Shown: piece by piece, positions 40,401 through 50,382 of the stretch
How positions within the stretch are numbered: position 1 is the stretch's first letter
Layout: each line of letters starts with the position of its first letter
NCBI GenBank assembly: GCA_026127925.1
Contig: JAJSLM010000006.1
Coordinates: 22,302 to 86,301, forward strand
Length of the DNA stretch: 64,000 nucleotides
Direction: 5' to 3'
DNA from: Thermoplasmatales archaeon
GTDB taxonomy: Archaea; Thermoplasmatota; Thermoplasmata; Thermoplasmatales; Thermoplasmataceae
Notes under the pieces: model-generated
What the model was told of the DNA's origin: nothing
Databases searched by the model: none
What the model saw: the letters and a program-made list of their open reading frames with translations, nothing else
Program-made: the position numbers and the translations under genes

Positions 40401-41090
40401 CTAATTTCCTCCTTTCAATCCTTTCAAAAAATTCCCAACTCTATCTGTCAATCCATTTGTGTGCGCTTCCCTTTCAACCATCCTAATTGCAGAAACTGCA
40501 TTCATTATGTTCTCAGGACTTCCGTCTATCCAAATTAGGCCGTTTTGTCCAAGTACGATTCTTGTTGATGTCGCATCTTTTATCATGTTGACCATATTTC
40601 CACCCTTTCCTATGATCCTCGGGACCTTTGGGGAAGGAACGGATATAATGTGTCCACCTTCTAATTTCCTCAAGCCGACATCTCTCAGAGTGATCCAGCT
40701 CTCCTTAAGCTCGTTAACTGTCATAACTTTTGCATACACGTAGTCCCCCATGGAAAGGTATTTCTTCAGTTCGCCACTGTTTATGCGCCATGGGCTGTCA
40801 TTTGAATGCAGCATCGTAAGGTATGCTGAATTGATATCTATCGTCCACATGGAAGGTCCGATGTCTATGACTTTTCCAATAACCTTGTCGCCCCTTCTTG
40901 GCACATATCTTCCATAAAATGGAACTACGTCTACGAAACCATTTCCCGTTTGGACTACACCAAAATATGAGGAACAGAAATTATTCTCACTGCATTTATA
41001 GATCCCGTTTCTTGGTCTGTCCTGAGTTATCTCAATTACGTCTCCGGGAACCACTATTCTTTTTGTGTCCATTGTTTGTTCACCTGTCAA
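40401..41090 (-). CDS. rrp4: Exosome complex RNA-binding subunit Rrp4 (S1 + KH)
   Basis: S1 domain then KH motif IGKGGNMVNMIK. Confidence 0.85.
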   Translation of the reverse strand: MTGEQTMDTKRIVVPGDVIEITQDRPRNGIYKCSENNFCSSYFGVVQTGNGFVDVVPFYGRYVPRRGDKVIGKVIDIGPSMWTIDINSAYLTMLHSNDSPWRINSGELKKYLSMGDYVYAKVMTVNELKESWITLRDVGLRKLEGGHIISVPSPKVPRIIGKGGNMVNMIKDATSTRIVLGQNGLIWIDGSPENIMNAVSAIRMVEREAHTNGLTDRVGNFLKGLKGGN

Positions 41091-41344
41091 GTATCAAGCC
41101 AATTGCGCACTCAGAATCCAATGCATCCATAACGGACAGGACACAACTCCCGCCTTAAATATGTCTGGATGGAGTGATCAACTGGATATTTTTTACTCTC
41201 TTTTCGGTCTTATATGATACCTGACTATTTATTATTTATTTAACTCCATCTGATGTTCTTGAAAAGAGGTGACTTGGAGTCGAAGTATCGGCCTATGAAT
41301 CTAATTCGGACACGGTAGAAGCTGTTGAATCCAAACACAGGCAC

Positions 41345-42091
41345 TTACGGAATCACGCGGCTGTCCTTGAAATCTTTGATAAATCCCTCAGAGGTATTTT
41401 TCGAATCCGACGTAGGATTTCTGTTTATAAGAATGGCATTCATTCCAGATTCCCTGGCAGCCCTGATCTCCTTCTCAGAGTCAGATATGAAGATCAAATT
41501 TTTCTTATTTTTTCCTATTTTTTTAGCAATTCTGCTATAACTCTCAGGGTCTGTTTTCTTCCCAACGGACATATCGAAAAATCCATCTATGTACATCGCC
41601 AGGTCTCCGTACACAGTTGTGCTGAAAAGAAGTCTTTGCGACAGGGCGCTTCCTGATGAATATATGTATATCCCTATGCTTCCACCCCTCCATTTTTTAA
41701 ATGCCTCAGGTACGTCATCGTATACCTCGCCTCTTATGGATCCATTTCTGTACCCTTCTTCCCAGATGAATCCCTCTATCTCTTTCAATGGAGCTGTCTT
41801 ACTGTCCTTTTCCACCAGGTATCTTATTGCAGACGATACACGATTGAGAAAATTTTCTGTAGCATACTTATCTGCTGGAACAAATTCTAAAGGTAGATCT
41901 GGGAGTATTCTAAGTCTTTCAATACAACCAGCAATCTCAGGCCTACGGTAATTACTGTGCAAAAACGTTGCGACGTTTTCCTTGACGTAATCAAAAAGTG
42001 TGGAGTGAACAAATTCAATTGGGGTAGTAGTTCCTTCAATGTCCAGTATCACAGAGTTAATGCCAATATCCACCAGACCCATTAAGATCAT
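41345..42091 (-). CDS. mtnC: Enolase-phosphatase E1 (HAD hydrolase of methionine salvage)
   Basis: VILDIEGTTTPIEFV signature; likely start ATG at 42091 forms an ATGA overlap with the mtnD stop. Confidence 0.7.
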   Translation of the reverse strand: MILMGLVDIGINSVILDIEGTTTPIEFVHSTLFDYVKENVATFLHSNYRRPEIAGCIERLRILPDLPLEFVPADKYATENFLNRVSSAIRYLVEKDSKTAPLKEIEGFIWEEGYRNGSIRGEVYDDVPEAFKKWRGGSIGIYIYSSGSALSQRLLFSTTVYGDLAMYIDGFFDMSVGKKTDPESYSRIAKKIGKNKKNLIFISDSEKEIRAARESGMNAILINRNPTSDSKNTSEGFIKDFKDSRVIP

Positions 42092-42705
42092 CTTCGCTTT
42101 GTTGTAGGTATATACGAAGGCCCAAAACATACGGGCTCATATGATTGCTCCTTTCCACTTCCCGTGTAATAAGGAGTCCAGCCAGCTGGGTCCTGAAACA
42201 GCCTTATAGCCTTGATCCTTTTTTCGTTGCATAGATCAAACCAGTGTCTCGTTCCCCTGGGTATGCGGATAAGATCGCCTGTCTCAACCTCTACTGAAAC
42301 AACTTCATCCGTTTCAGTATGGATATAGAATATACCTCTGCCCTCTATTGCGTACCTCACTTCGTCTTCGCTGTGCGTATGTTCCTTCCTGAACTTTTGA
42401 AGCATAGAATCAAGATCAGGGGTATCTGGTTTCATATCAATTACGTCTGCCGTTGTGTAGCCACCTATTCTCTTGAGTCTCCGCACATCTTCATCGTATG
42501 CTTCAAGAATCTTTTCTGGATCGGTTTCATCACTGCTTAATTTGCCAGTATCCCACCTTTCGTAATGTATCCCTATATTTTCCAGAAAAACTTTTGCCTC
42601 TCCACTGCTTTCAATCTTTATACCTTTGTCAGGAACGCTTATAACTACCATTGAATCATCACCTTTTTCTCTTAAATTACATTCCGGAATTAACAAGCCT
42701 TCCAT
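42088..42705 (-). CDS. mtnD: Acireductone dioxygenase (cupin)
   Basis: HTHSEDEVRYAIEGRGIFYIH...IRIPRGTRHWF cupin metal-site pattern of the ARD family. Confidence 0.7.
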   Translation of the reverse strand: MEGLLIPECNLREKGDDSMVVISVPDKGIKIESSGEAKVFLENIGIHYERWDTGKLSSDETDPEKILEAYDEDVRRLKRIGGYTTADVIDMKPDTPDLDSMLQKFRKEHTHSEDEVRYAIEGRGIFYIHTETDEVVSVEVETGDLIRIPRGTRHWFDLCNEKRIKAIRLFQDPAGWTPYYTGSGKEQSYEPVCFGPSYIPTTKRR

Positions 42706-42766
42706 GGACCTCCAACAGGAACTCTAAGACTTCAGTATGCCTCTTTGCAGCCTCAACATTATTCCC

Positions 42767-43342
42767 TCATACATACAGGCCATGGCCGGAAAGAAGGAAA
42801 CAATGTAGGTTTTTATCATTTTTGAGTAAATCGTTGACCTTAGCGGAAAGGGAGAGCATGTCCTGCGAATTTTCTAAAACCGGGATCCATTCGGAATGAT
42901 CGTGAGATACTACGTTTTCAAGTCCTTTGAGCATTTCATATCCCTCCATCTGAAATCCCCCATCCTTGAGGTATTTCTTTGAGAGAATTGTTCCCCAAAT
43001 AGAGTGAGTGTGGAACACGGCGCTACAGTTCCTCTGTTTGATCGCAGCAACATGAAGCAATGTTTCACTTGATGGTTTTCTCTCCCCGGAGAGGATTCTT
43101 CCAAGATCATCAACGTAAACTATGTCTCGCAAGTTCAACATGCTTTTGTCAAGGCCGCTTCCCGTAATGGAAAGAACAAATGGAGATCTCGAGATCAGTG
43201 CACTCAGATTCCCGCTTGTGCCAAAAAGCCATCCTCTTCTGTAGAATTCGTACGCAATTTTTATTAGATCGAGTGAGACGTTAAGATTTGCTTCCCGAAT
43301 CCCCTGGTTTCCTACATTTACTTCCTGCAATTTATTTGTCAC
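42767..43342 (-). CDS. mtnB: Methylthioribulose-1-phosphate dehydratase / class II aldolase-adducin family
   Basis: SGNLS, HTHS and GHG motifs of class II aldolase/MtnB. Confidence 0.65.
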   Translation of the reverse strand: MTNKLQEVNVGNQGIREANLNVSLDLIKIAYEFYRRGWLFGTSGNLSALISRSPFVLSITGSGLDKSMLNLRDIVYVDDLGRILSGERKPSSETLLHVAAIKQRNCSAVFHTHSIWGTILSKKYLKDGGFQMEGYEMLKGLENVVSHDHSEWIPVLENSQDMLSLSAKVNDLLKNDKNLHCFLLSGHGLYV

Positions 43343-43591
43343 TCTAAGGTCCGATTAAGTCATGCTGTTTTAATTTTTTGTGCTAATTTATTACCATTGG
43401 TAATTTACATGATCCAAGCTAGTGTAATATAATTGCCCTATCGTAATATTAGAAACGGGCCGATCCAATGAAGATATTAAGGAGTGAAAAGACTTGGGTT
43501 GACTTGATGGTTATAAGCAGTAGAGGACTATTTGCTTAATTCTAATCCAAATGTTTCTGTAGGAGAATCTTTAGTTGATTTTGATATAAAT

Positions 43592-44284
43592 CTATGGCTT
43601 AAATTCTTGATGCTGAAATAAGTAGATGTAAGAAATGACCATTATTATTGCTAGGAAAGAGGCAGTGGCAAGGCCAAGAGAAGGATCCACGTTAATAATC
43701 CCCTTCTTATAATATTCGAAGCTAGTTAACGGGGTTAAGAAATAAAGTATCATCCCCATGGGCAATCCCGAGGTTATGCCAAGGCTTACATAATTTTCAA
43801 TCAATTCTACTGCAGCAATAGGGATCAAAAGAATAAACACTATACTGATCATAAATGCATTCAACTGAGAAGGCGATAGAGAGGATAAAATGGAAATCGA
43901 CGCATATACCAAAAGAGAAATTAAAATTGGGATAACGAGAAACGTGTTTTTTGTGATCAATAATATGGATACCTCTGTTACTATGAATGGTAAAAGGCCC
44001 AGTGCAAATACTATAAGTTTTGAAATTGCTATTCGTTTCCAACTTCCAAGGAAGGAAAGTTCGAAAACGGTCATAAGTTTATTACGAGTAAAGTGTGATC
44101 CGACAATTAAAATAATAAATGGAATCAGCAACATCTGAGTCAGCAATGAAAATTCCACAAGGCTCTTCAGATATTCAATAGTGTATAATTGTGTAAGAAT
44201 GATCATAGACAATATAGGAACATATATTGGCAGAGGGAATACCCCTTTTAGATACCACTTAACGGTCATTGTCAAATTGGCCAT
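43592..44284 (-). CDS. ABC-2-type transporter permease
   Basis: Six hydrophobic helices; overlaps the ATPase gene by 26 nt. Confidence 0.5.
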   Translation of the reverse strand: MANLTMTVKWYLKGVFPLPIYVPILSMIILTQLYTIEYLKSLVEFSLLTQMLLIPFIILIVGSHFTRNKLMTVFELSFLGSWKRIAISKLIVFALGLLPFIVTEVSILLITKNTFLVIPILISLLVYASISILSSLSPSQLNAFMISIVFILLIPIAAVELIENYVSLGITSGLPMGMILYFLTPLTSFEYYKKGIINVDPSLGLATASFLAIIMVISYIYLFQHQEFKP

Positions 44285-45095
44285 ATATTCTGCGCACTCC
44301 GGATTTTCTGAAACCTATTATTACGCCACTCTCTAACAGCTTCGCAAGTTTTTTTATGTCCGATTTAACAAGACAAATATCACCATACCTGAACAAGCAT
44401 TCCATTTTAATCTGTGCGCTTCTGGTCATGTACACTTCAAAAATGTCTGATGAAAATAGGTCACTTATTGTTCCGTTCCAGACTGCTCGTCCATTGTTAA
44501 GAATCACTATGTAGTCGGCTAGAGTTTCGGCTTCTTCAGGGACATGAGTTGAAAAAATCAAATCTCTATTCATACGGTACATGTCGTTCATTACATTTCC
44601 TGTCCTAGAAATGTCAATGTGAGTGAACGCTTCATCAGCTATTATTCTTGAAGTATTCCGTGAGAAGGCACTTAATAGAGTCATGAGTTGCTCTTGACCT
44701 GACGAGAGCTTAAATAGCCTTTCGTCATAAAATTCTTCAAGATCTAATTGTTTAAGCATGGGCTCAAAATCAGGCCCCAAATCAGGGGAACGGCGAGCAA
44801 AGTTAATAAATTCTTTTACTTTCATCCTGTAGGATAGTTTAGGCTTTTCAAAGAGAAATGTTGAACTTTTAAGTGCTTCGGCTCTGTTTTTATACGGTTC
44901 GATTCCGTTGATCTCCAGAGAACCTGTTGAGGGAGTCAAGATACCTGCTATTATAGAAAGAACTGTTGTTTTGCCACTTCCATTTTGTCCTAAAAAACAT
45001 AATCGGTTTGTTTCTACCTCAAGATTTAAAGTATCCAAGGCTTTTTTTTGCTCGCCAAACTTCTTTGTCAAGTTTTTGGCCTTTAATAAGAACAT
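44259..45095 (-). CDS. ABC transporter ATP-binding protein
   Basis: Walker A GQNGSGKTT, signature LSSGQEQ, Walker B IIADEA. Confidence 0.85.
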   Translation of the reverse strand: MFLLKAKNLTKKFGEQKKALDTLNLEVETNRLCFLGQNGSGKTTVLSIIAGILTPSTGSLEINGIEPYKNRAEALKSSTFLFEKPKLSYRMKVKEFINFARRSPDLGPDFEPMLKQLDLEEFYDERLFKLSSGQEQLMTLLSAFSRNTSRIIADEAFTHIDISRTGNVMNDMYRMNRDLIFSTHVPEEAETLADYIVILNNGRAVWNGTISDLFSSDIFEVYMTRSAQIKMECLFRYGDICLVKSDIKKLAKLLESGVIIGFRKSGVRRIYGQFDNDR

Positions 45096-45100
45096 TGAAT

Positions 45101-45925
45101 TCAGTTCGCCTTCCTATAGACGTATACAGCCAGAATTGCAGAAGAAAGCAATAATATTATGTTCAAAGGGAACGCAAAGCCAAAACCATAATATATCCAC
45201 CCAAACCAGTCTTGGGCGGGAACACCGTTTCCTGTACCAAGGTTCATAATCGTTAGGCCAGCTACATGTATAGCGCTCATGTTGAAAGTGAAGCTTGGAA
45301 ATATATATGTGAGTAAGTTTATCGTGTTATTTGATGCTTGGGTTAGAAACGCGGACATTGCGAGTTGAGAACCGAAGTGTACGTAACTAACCTCTATGTT
45401 TGTAAAATTAGGTTCGTTAAAATAATAATCTGGAAATCCAAGGTAGCCACTTGGGTTCATGTTTTCAGCGGAATGTGATATAGTAAAATTTAATATGCGA
45501 TCACTGACCGTGTTTCCGTTCGGAAACAGCATATTAATAAGACTGTATTCGCTTCTTGTAAAGTTTCCAGAATAGTTGGAAATCTCTACAACAGATGAAC
45601 CATAAAATGGTGGAGCAGGAAGCAATTTAGCATTAAATCCCGTGCCTGTTGGTGAAGGATACACTTTATAGAGTTTCGAGTCAACGTGGTAATATTCAGT
45701 TTTCATTTTCGTTATATTTACTGTTACCCCTAAATCGTACATTGTATAGTTCTTTTTCACAACCGTACCAAAAATACCGTAGTACTCCAGTGAGATCCCC
45801 GAAGAAAAACTATCCTTGTATTCTTTATGTATGTATGTACCAAAAGTATATGTTGATGCAGGGATGAAATTAACAGCGACTCCTATGATCACAAGTGCGA
45901 GTATAACTACTGTCAACTTTTTCAT
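45101..45925 (-). CDS. Hypothetical secreted/membrane-anchored protein
   Basis: N-terminal signal/TM and C-terminal TM helix; N/T/Y-rich. Confidence 0.4.
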   Translation of the reverse strand: MKKLTVVILALVIIGVAVNFIPASTYTFGTYIHKEYKDSFSSGISLEYYGIFGTVVKKNYTMYDLGVTVNITKMKTEYYHVDSKLYKVYPSPTGTGFNAKLLPAPPFYGSSVVEISNYSGNFTRSEYSLINMLFPNGNTVSDRILNFTISHSAENMNPSGYLGFPDYYFNEPNFTNIEVSYVHFGSQLAMSAFLTQASNNTINLLTYIFPSFTFNMSAIHVAGLTIMNLGTGNGVPAQDWFGWIYYGFGFAFPLNIILLLSSAILAVYVYRKAN

Positions 45926-45966
45926 TCATATCCACCAAATGAGAAAAATAATATATATTATTATAT

Positions 45967-46500
45967 CTATGCGTCAAAAGTTACGTCAAAATCAATTGGT
46001 ATGCCACCAACACCTGATTGATAGTAGCCGGTGCCGTAAATGTACACGTAATTCACGTACTGTCCATTACCCACATATTCCATTTGATTTACCAAAGTAC
46101 CTGTCAAATGTTGGCCAACGGCACTGTTTAAACTGTAGTCGACACTACTAGAAAGATCCGTTGAGCTTTCATGACTAGATGTACCCGTGATAGATCCACC
46201 GTCAGGCCAAACTCCACCGCTATTTGTAACTAATTTTGTATTCGTGTTCAGCTGAAAATCTCCATTGTTATAGGTAGCAAAATACTGCCAGTTATTGTTA
46301 ACCCATGCCATGTGGATTCCGAATATGTCTGTGGCATAAACCTGGCTGTACGCATGGTTGCCATAAGAGTCTGCGTGGGTCACACCTGAAATCACCAATA
46401 TAAGCAAAAGCCCAAACAATACTGAAAGTGTTGTTACGAGCAAATGCCACTTCTTTTTACTCTTTTGTGTTTTCATTATGTTGCTCACCAAATGGTTCAT
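45967..46500 (-). CDS. Hypothetical secreted protein
   Basis: K-rich N-terminus then TM/signal, G/Y/N/T-rich body. Confidence 0.4.
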   Translation of the reverse strand: MNHLVSNIMKTQKSKKKWHLLVTTLSVLFGLLLILVISGVTHADSYGNHAYSQVYATDIFGIHMAWVNNNWQYFATYNNGDFQLNTNTKLVTNSGGVWPDGGSITGTSSHESSTDLSSSVDYSLNSAVGQHLTGTLVNQMEYVGNGQYVNYVYIYGTGYYQSGVGGIPIDFDVTFDA

Positions 46501-46985
46501 GTCATATATATATATAATTTTCGTTTAAACTACGCCAATTATAAACCGCTGTTTCAACTTTTGTTGCAGTTTGAGAAATAACCTAACATCAACTCGTTGC
46601 TGTATGGACTATCCAGAATGTAATCCTTATCGACGAGAATGACTATCATTTTCCTTTCCATGTCTTATCTCTCGAAGACGATATTTCAGTATCTATGATT
46701 GTTCACATTCTGGAAGCGTATGAGTGTTTCTCCGTTTTGTGAAATTACATTAACCGTCACAATATTGCTGCGCCCCCCTCCTTGTGGAATAGTATACTCA
46801 TATTGCTGTTTGTCCCATCCATAGTCACTTTATGGTTCTGTGAAAAGACACTGGTCCTCTCTTACAGAATCGACTGGTAACAAATTTCGCTGATAGGAAT
46901 ATACATTATGGATTTACATAAATTTCTCTTGATAAAAGATACTTCTATGAAAATTAACGTATTTATTAATCTAGGGTTGGAGTGG

Positions 46986-47684
46986 CTAACGCGGTTTTAC
47001 GATCCGTATTTCCACGTTCTCCCTGGACTTCCTTGAAAGCTGACTCATTATGTCTCCAACAATTCCAGCAGGTACCTCCAGAAGGCCCATCCATGAGCCA
47101 TCTTTACCCCATTCTTCCTTGATCAGATAACCCGTTCTCAGAATATCGCCATAAACCTTTCCATAGGCATCTCCCGTTAGTTTCACTGCAAGTTTCGTCT
47201 TATCCATTCTAATGGGCAGTATTGGCTTTATTGCCTTTAATATGGTCTGAAGTTGATCCCCTGCGCTCTTGAAAGGGTCGACATGAACTTTTGCCTCTTC
47301 CATAGCCTGTGCAATCCTTACCGCAGGGTGTGGTGTATTTGTCTGCGGGTTTATGGATTCACGTACGATTAGTTCTATAATCTGTTTCTTTCGGCGTTCA
47401 AGCAGTTCTCTTCTCTGGTCTGTAGTGAGTTCAATTTGTCCCTTTCTGACAATCTCGGTTGCAATTTCCTTGATGTCTGCGGTTTTAAAGACTTCTTTTA
47501 TCGCTTCTTCTCCTGCCTTTTCTCCTTTACGAGCGTCTTTGTAAACTTCGTCTATTGCGAGGTCCTGGTCCGCGTCTATCTTTCCTTCCTTGATGCGATC
47601 TGTAGCATCCGGATCGACGAATATCTCGAACTTATGACCGTGTGATTCCAGTCTAGCAATTATCGCATCTTCCAACCTGACCAT
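46986..47684 (-). CDS. sdo1: SBDS-family ribosome maturation protein (Sdo1)
   Basis: MVRLEDAIIARLESHGHKFEIFVDPD N-terminal FYSH domain; conserved superoperon position; the ORF-track start (47756) is likely an upstream artefact. Confidence 0.8.
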   Translation of the reverse strand: MVRLEDAIIARLESHGHKFEIFVDPDATDRIKEGKIDADQDLAIDEVYKDARKGEKAGEEAIKEVFKTADIKEIATEIVRKGQIELTTDQRRELLERRKKQIIELIVRESINPQTNTPHPAVRIAQAMEEAKVHVDPFKSAGDQLQTILKAIKPILPIRMDKTKLAVKLTGDAYGKVYGDILRTGYLIKEEWGKDGSWMGLLEVPAGIVGDIMSQLSRKSRENVEIRIVKPR

Positions 47685-48038
47685 ACGATCCGTTATTTTT
47701 CTATAAGAGAAAAAATTTGCGTATATATTAATTCTGAAAAAAATAGGTGGAATCAAGTTTAGGAAAATTAAAAAGCGAAGATGAATGAGAACAAAGCGTC
47801 ATGTTCCAGACTCAGGAATTAGAGTTTGATTTGCAAAGTTTATGGAATGTGTAATTTATTCATCTATTCTTAATGATTCGTTTACAAAAAGTAATAGCGT
47901 GGCCATCACTGAAGAATCAAGCGGCATTTCGATGAGTTAAAAAATTTAAAAATATAGGGCATATACTTGTTGCAATAGATCTATAAGTCTTATATTGTCA
48001 TTCACTATTAACAATATTGTAAAACTGGACGGATAATA

Positions 48039-48611
48039 ATGAAAGAACTTACACTTTACAGAATCCGGGAAATGGCGCTAGAATCGAAAAGGGCAGTTTA
48101 TACAACACCTCAGTTGTCTAATCTGATTGGCAAAGAATACACTACCGCGTCCGTTTATATGACAAGGCTCTGGAAAAGTGGTCTTGCTAAACATTTGGTA
48201 AGAGGAAAAATTTCTTTCATAGATAACGACTTTGTGAATGCATCTCAGCTAATTGAACCATCTTACATATCCTTATCCTCTGCCTTATTGTTTTACAATG
48301 CATCGCAGCAGGTTCCACGTAGGGTTCAGTCCGTAACTCCTGTCAATTCTATGACGTTCGAAGACCTTGGTTTAGAATATCATAAGATTCCTCCAGGACT
48401 TATGTTCGGTTACGAACGTCACTTAGTAGGGGGAAGTTACTGCTTTGTCGCAACTGTGGAAAAAGCTCTCCTTGATGGGTATTATCTCAACTATTTCTCA
48501 GCAGGGGATCTTGATTCGTATGTAGGGAGTAAAAGAATGAAAGAATTCAGACCTTATTTGGACAAATTTAAGGGCAAAGGAAAATTAAAGCTGCTCGAGG
48601 TGGTCAGATGA
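48039..48611 (+). CDS. AbiEi-family antitoxin / transcriptional regulator (type IV TA)
   Basis: SYISLSSALLFY motif typical of AbiEi; 4-nt overlap with the AbiEii gene. Confidence 0.55.
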   Translation: MKELTLYRIREMALESKRAVYTTPQLSNLIGKEYTTASVYMTRLWKSGLAKHLVRGKISFIDNDFVNASQLIEPSYISLSSALLFYNASQQVPRRVQSVTPVNSMTFEDLGLEYHKIPPGLMFGYERHLVGGSYCFVATVEKALLDGYYLNYFSAGDLDSYVGSKRMKEFRPYLDKFKGKGKLKLLEVVR

Positions 48612-49360
48612 TTGATTCAAAGAAGATAATGGAAATTTCCCAACTATCACACTTGAGGCCATGGCAGCAGGAAAAGCATTATCTGCAGAGTTTAATCCTC
48701 ACAACCATTTCGGACTATCCTCTCGTGTTTAAAGGGGGAACATATCTATGGTTTTTTCACGGGCTTAACAGATTTTCTGAGGATTTAGATTTCACCGCAA
48801 AAGGCCTATTCAAAAGAGAATTGCCTGAATTTGTTTCAAGATCCTTGAGACTATACGGTTATGAAAACAAGTTAAAGATCATAAATGAGAATAATTTCAA
48901 TGTATCAGCAAGATTCATGATCGATGGTCCCCTGCACACGAATGAAAAGGATAGATGCATAGTGTACGTTGAGATCAGCATGAGGGAAAAGGTCATTCTT
49001 CCAGGTATACCATTGAGTATAAATCTTCCCCAATATGATATTCCTGTTCGAACAATCACCGGAATGAACCTTGATGAAGTAGGAGCAGAAAAAGTCAGGG
49101 CAATTCTTACACGAAACAAGGACAGAGACGTATACGATTTATTTTATCTCATTCGTCTAAAGAACATTCTGTTCGATCAGGAATTAATCAACAGAAAGCT
49201 CGACTATTACAATAAAAAATTTGACCCTGCTGAATTTCTCAATAGATTAGGCCAAGCTCAAAAAACGTATAAAAAGGAATTAAGGCAAACAGTTCTGGGC
49301 GAGCTACCTGATTTTGATGTAGTCCGAGCCTATATAGAGAACTGGGTGAAAGGGGGATAA
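48608..49360 (+). CDS. AbiEii/AbiGii-family nucleotidyltransferase toxin (DUF1814)
   Basis: FKGGTYLWFFHGLNRFSEDLDFTA matches the GGTAL...RFSEDIDF signature. Confidence 0.75.
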   Translation: MIDSKKIMEISQLSHLRPWQQEKHYLQSLILTTISDYPLVFKGGTYLWFFHGLNRFSEDLDFTAKGLFKRELPEFVSRSLRLYGYENKLKIINENNFNVSARFMIDGPLHTNEKDRCIVYVEISMREKVILPGIPLSINLPQYDIPVRTITGMNLDEVGAEKVRAILTRNKDRDVYDLFYLIRLKNILFDQELINRKLDYYNKKFDPAEFLNRLGQAQKTYKKELRQTVLGELPDFDVVRAYIENWVKGG

Positions 49361-49530
49361 GGAAATATTTTTGAGAATTGCATTTGATTAAAGCAGAAAC
49401 AACTTTACTTGAATTTCTTACATAAACGTAATTTGTTACCACACTTCTTCCGTATGAACTGCTGCATAGGAATGTTGATGTAAGCAATATATCTAAAAAA
49501 AATTGGTATTGTCGAGAAGCTCTCGAATCT

Positions 49531-50241
49531 TTATGCTTCCTTGAAGACCTTATCAACTTCTTCCTTTGAATAGATGTGGAATTTCTTCCCTTTAACTATC
49601 GTCGCGACCTCGGGACTCCTTATCTCTGATCCTTCTTCACTTACAGATTTAAGTGCCCTTATGCCCAGCAAAACAGCTTCGCTTTCTGACATCCCTTCCT
49701 TGTATTCTTTCTCAAGGAATGCTGTAACCTGATCCTTAAGCGCGCCTATGATCACTGCCCTGTACTCATTGATAGTTCCCGCGGGATCGCAGTCAAAAAG
49801 TTTTGGTGCAATACTGTCTATACCGGCGAAAATCATGGATACACCATACGGTCTTACGCCTCCGTACTGTGTGTATTGCTGCATCTGATCGGCAACTCTC
49901 TTGACAAGGTTCTCAAGGTTCACGAGAGACCCATATGTGATCTTCTCCTGCTGTGCCGCAACCCTTGCAAAATCAACAAGAACTCTCGCATCAGCAACAA
50001 GGCCAGATGTAACGGTTGCAACATTATCATCTATGAGCTGGATCTTTTCCATCGAATTCTGCTCAACCAGTTTACTCTTGAATTTCTTATCAGATATCAG
50101 TGCCACGCCATCTCCAAATTTTATTCCTAAGGCAGTCGAACCTTTCTTAACAGCTTCCCTTGCATACTCTACCTGAAATAACCTGCCATCAGGGGAAAAT
50201 ACAGTTATAGCTCTATCATACGCCATTTGGGCTTGTTGCAT
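49531..50241 (-). CDS. psmA: Proteasome subunit alpha
   Basis: [21 protein letters not shown]-terminal alpha-subunit signature. Confidence 0.9.
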   Translation of the reverse strand: MQQAQMAYDRAITVFSPDGRLFQVEYAREAVKKGSTALGIKFGDGVALISDKKFKSKLVEQNSMEKIQLIDDNVATVTSGLVADARVLVDFARVAAQQEKITYGSLVNLENLVKRVADQMQQYTQYGGVRPYGVSMIFAGIDSIAPKLFDCDPAGTINEYRAVIIGALKDQVTAFLEKEYKEGMSESEAVLLGIRALKSVSEEGSEIRSPEVATIVKGKKFHIYSKEEVDKVFKEA

Positions 50242-50347
50242 TTAATTCACCTTTCTATTCAGTAGGATAATCGAATAATAAATGTTTTCTACAAATTTTC
50301 CTGACGTTATAAAACCTTTTTGTAGTTACCTTTTCATGAATCCAGGT

Positions 50348-50363
50348 GCAAATTTTGTTGTGA
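50348..50363 (-). terminator. Candidate hairpin terminator just downstream of the rad50 stop
   Basis: GCGGAA-(T-rich loop)-TTCCGC inverted repeat 20 nt after the rad50 stop, on the coding strand. Confidence 0.3.
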
Positions 50364-50382
50364 GATGCGGAAAAAATTCCGC

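Noticed and set aside
38975-40404. Plus-strand ORFs of 183 and 223 aa antisense to rrp42 and rrp41
   Set aside because: They are shadow ORFs of the exosome genes; their S/P/A-rich translations lack domain-like patterns.
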